A stretch of 64,000 bases of DNA from Lama guanicoe (Eukaryota). Shown piece by piece: positions 61,735 to 64,000 of the stretch (its first letter is position 1; every line of letters starts with the position of its first letter). The notes under the pieces are model-generated. The model did not search any database. It had not been told where the DNA came from and saw nothing but the letters and a program-made list of their open reading frames with translations. Made by a program: the position numbers and the translations under genes. The stretch covers positions 867,687-931,686 of the forward strand of contig MU054575.1 of the NCBI GenBank assembly GCA_013239625.1. Direction: 5' to 3'.

Positions 61735-62559
61735 CTATTAAGAGTTTAAAAAAACAAGGCCAAACACGTCAGCTATGCCCACCACACAACAGAGCCAAGA
61801 GTCAAATCGCCAACACATAGACTAGCTTTATCTACTTCAATTTCTAAAGGCAGGAAGTGGCTTCTTAAAAACATGTTTCAAAAATACTTATTTTTAAAGG
61901 CATTTGACACTCGCTGTTAATCTCCCAAGTGGACAGCTGTAAATCCACTGAAGGACCCAGAGCCCTGACTCTCCCCTGGGCTGTCTGCACCCCACATCCC
62001 CCTACTGAGGGCACTGCCACTTGCTTGGTTCAGGCAGCCTATCTCTTGTCACCTCGCCTTCTCTGCCCAGGTCCCTTGGTGGGGCCCAGGAGCTGAGGAC
62101 AGGGACGGGCACCTGGGCCTCAGAGTAATCAGCACCCACGGGCACCCCAGCTCACAGCCCAGGAAAGCATGACTCCCACCAGTCCGCAGGAGGCGCCAGG
62201 CTGCCCGGCGCTCTTGGCCTCCACCTTCACCTGCAGTGCCCTTCTGCCCAAACCCACCTCAAGGCCCTGCCTGACCACCCCTGCCAAAGCCACCTGCTTT
62301 GTCCACCACGCTGCCTTACAGCTCACACACTCTATACTGGTTCCCACGAATAAACAGGACCCCCAGAGGTCAGTTGTCCCAGTGAGCGGCACACGCTCTG
62401 TGCTGAACCAATTCCCTCCTAGGGACCCTATACAGAAACCCAAACTTAGCGCCTTCACCTACTCAAAAGGAAGCACACACCTGAGTTCTACCTTTGCAGG
62501 ACAGTGACGCGGGAGCTGAACACAAGTCGGCACTCAGTTTAACATTCAGCTCCAAGCAC

Positions 62560-63790
62560 AAGCACTAACTTGAACCTGAAGGTACGTAAGCGTGTAGATA
62601 TAAAACCGTATGCGTGTGTAACACGTAAATACCACACGTACACGCAAACATGCATCTCTAGCACCAGCCGCTGAGAGGCCTAAACCCGTGACAGATGGCA
62701 CCTGTATTTTGGGTTTTAAATCTCCCTCCACTAAAAGTCACAGGGCCTCTTGCACAAACGGAAGACTCCAGGTCTAGGACAGGGAAAGTTCAAGAGAAAA
62801 TGGATCGCTTGTGCCACAAAGTTAGAAAGTACTCAAAATTAGTGGGGACACAGGCAAAGGACATAGAAGCCAGCTTAAAGGGACTCCCCCGCTCCACTGT
62901 TCAAAATGAATGATGGCAAATGATAAATCACTGAATAAAAAGCTAATCCATGAGTCTACAGTAACATTAAAATGGGGTGGGGGGAGTAGGGAAGGAAAGC
63001 TTTCCTTTACTATATGTAATATGTTAATAAGATCGGCAGAACTAGAAAAACGCCCTTTTATAACCACCAATGTCATCACTGATTTGCAAGGATCACCAAC
63101 TGTGCCACAATCCTGGTGGGAAAGTTTTATGGAGAACAGGACTCCCACAGGGCATCCGATAGCTCACTTACGCAAAGGACCCTAAAGTGTAGAAACCGGC
63201 AGGCACTGTCTCCACCAAGTCACCAATCTCAGTGCCCCCGTCACCAGCCCACCTGCACCTCCCACCCTCTCAGGGCACCACGTGGCAGTCTTGCTAAAAC
63301 GTTTCCCCTGAGCCTAATGAGGAGGAGACAGGCCAATCCAGGGTGTGGGCACGCTGTAAGACAGGGGACACACGGCCTGCTTCAAGGAAGAGGAACAAGG
63401 TAGTGGGTAACCCTAGAGTGAGAGAGACAGAAGTAAATGCAATACACAGCCCCTGGCCAGGCCTGATTTCGCGTTGGGGTGCAGTGAACGGGGCCACACG
63501 TCAGCCACCAGGATGCAGTGACGTTAGACTGCTTGGTTGTGGTAGCTGCATGTGGTCATAGGAATTTATCCCGGTTTTTAGGAAATTTACACTAAACTGT
63601 TTTAGGAGAAAAGAGCCAGAATATCTACAACTTGTTTTCAAACAGGTCAGAGAGGAAAAAAAGGATCTATCTATAGGTCTGAAAACGGGGGGAAAATAAC
63701 ACACCTATCAATATATGATCACACCAAAATGACACGGTATCTGGGACCTGCTTCCGAGCACTCGGGGTGGGAAGGAAAGGCACAGGTGCA
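62560..63790 (+). mobile_element. Old L1M (L1MC/MD/ME-type) 3' UTR fragments
   Basis: CTCCAGGTCTAGGACAGGGAAAG, ATCCATGAGTC..CAGTAACAT and ATCTGGGA..TGCTTC motifs; boundaries approximate. Confidence 0.45.
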
Positions 63791-64000
63791 GGCAGGCCAG
63801 GCGTCTGGGGCTCGGCGCTAGCCCTGCGTGGCGCGGGTACGGAGAGCGCCTGCGCCGGGCACTTTCCTTCTGCAGAGGCTGAATTTCCTAGAGTAAAATG
63901 CTTTTAAATGACGCAGATTTCATTTCAATTATTCTAACTTTGCTGAAGTCTTTAAAGTTTAGTAATTATAGTAATCCTGTACTTGAATCACTTCTTTTAT

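Noticed and set aside
1-64000. CRISPR arrays, operons, prophage or other prokaryotic-type systems
   Set aside because: The sequence is clearly mammalian (spliced genes, SINE/LINE remnants) and no regularly spaced repeat-spacer array was seen

Overview
GC-rich mammalian genomic DNA, probably a camelid judging by its tRNA-derived SINEs. It is orthologous to the distal part of the KCNQ1/CDKN1C imprinted domain (human 11p15.5/p15.4). SLC22A18 is complete on the + strand (10 coding exons, 3340-22962, 424 aa). PHLDA2 lies on the - strand (CDS 25448-25843, 131 aa, with a 164-N gap inside the PH domain). Most of NAP1L4 lies on the - strand (61734 down to about 36775; the first exons are beyond the window). 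It carries an intronic H/ACA snoRNA, SNORA54 (53171-53293), and two alternative C-termini (...PKV* or ...CKQQ*). The rest is intronic or intergenic sequence with SINE, L1, L2, MIR, MLT1, Tigger and MER5 remnants. Most ORF-track entries are chance GC-rich frames. I found no convincing wholly new biological system. The best leads are: a near-perfect inverted repeat between two old L2 copies; a start-less relic of the human SLC22A18AS reading frame; splice and uORF oddities in SLC22A18; a cassette exon toggling a CaaX-type motif in NAP1L4; and AT-to-GC drift of repeats. Orthologue comparisons rely on remembered human sequences, not a search.
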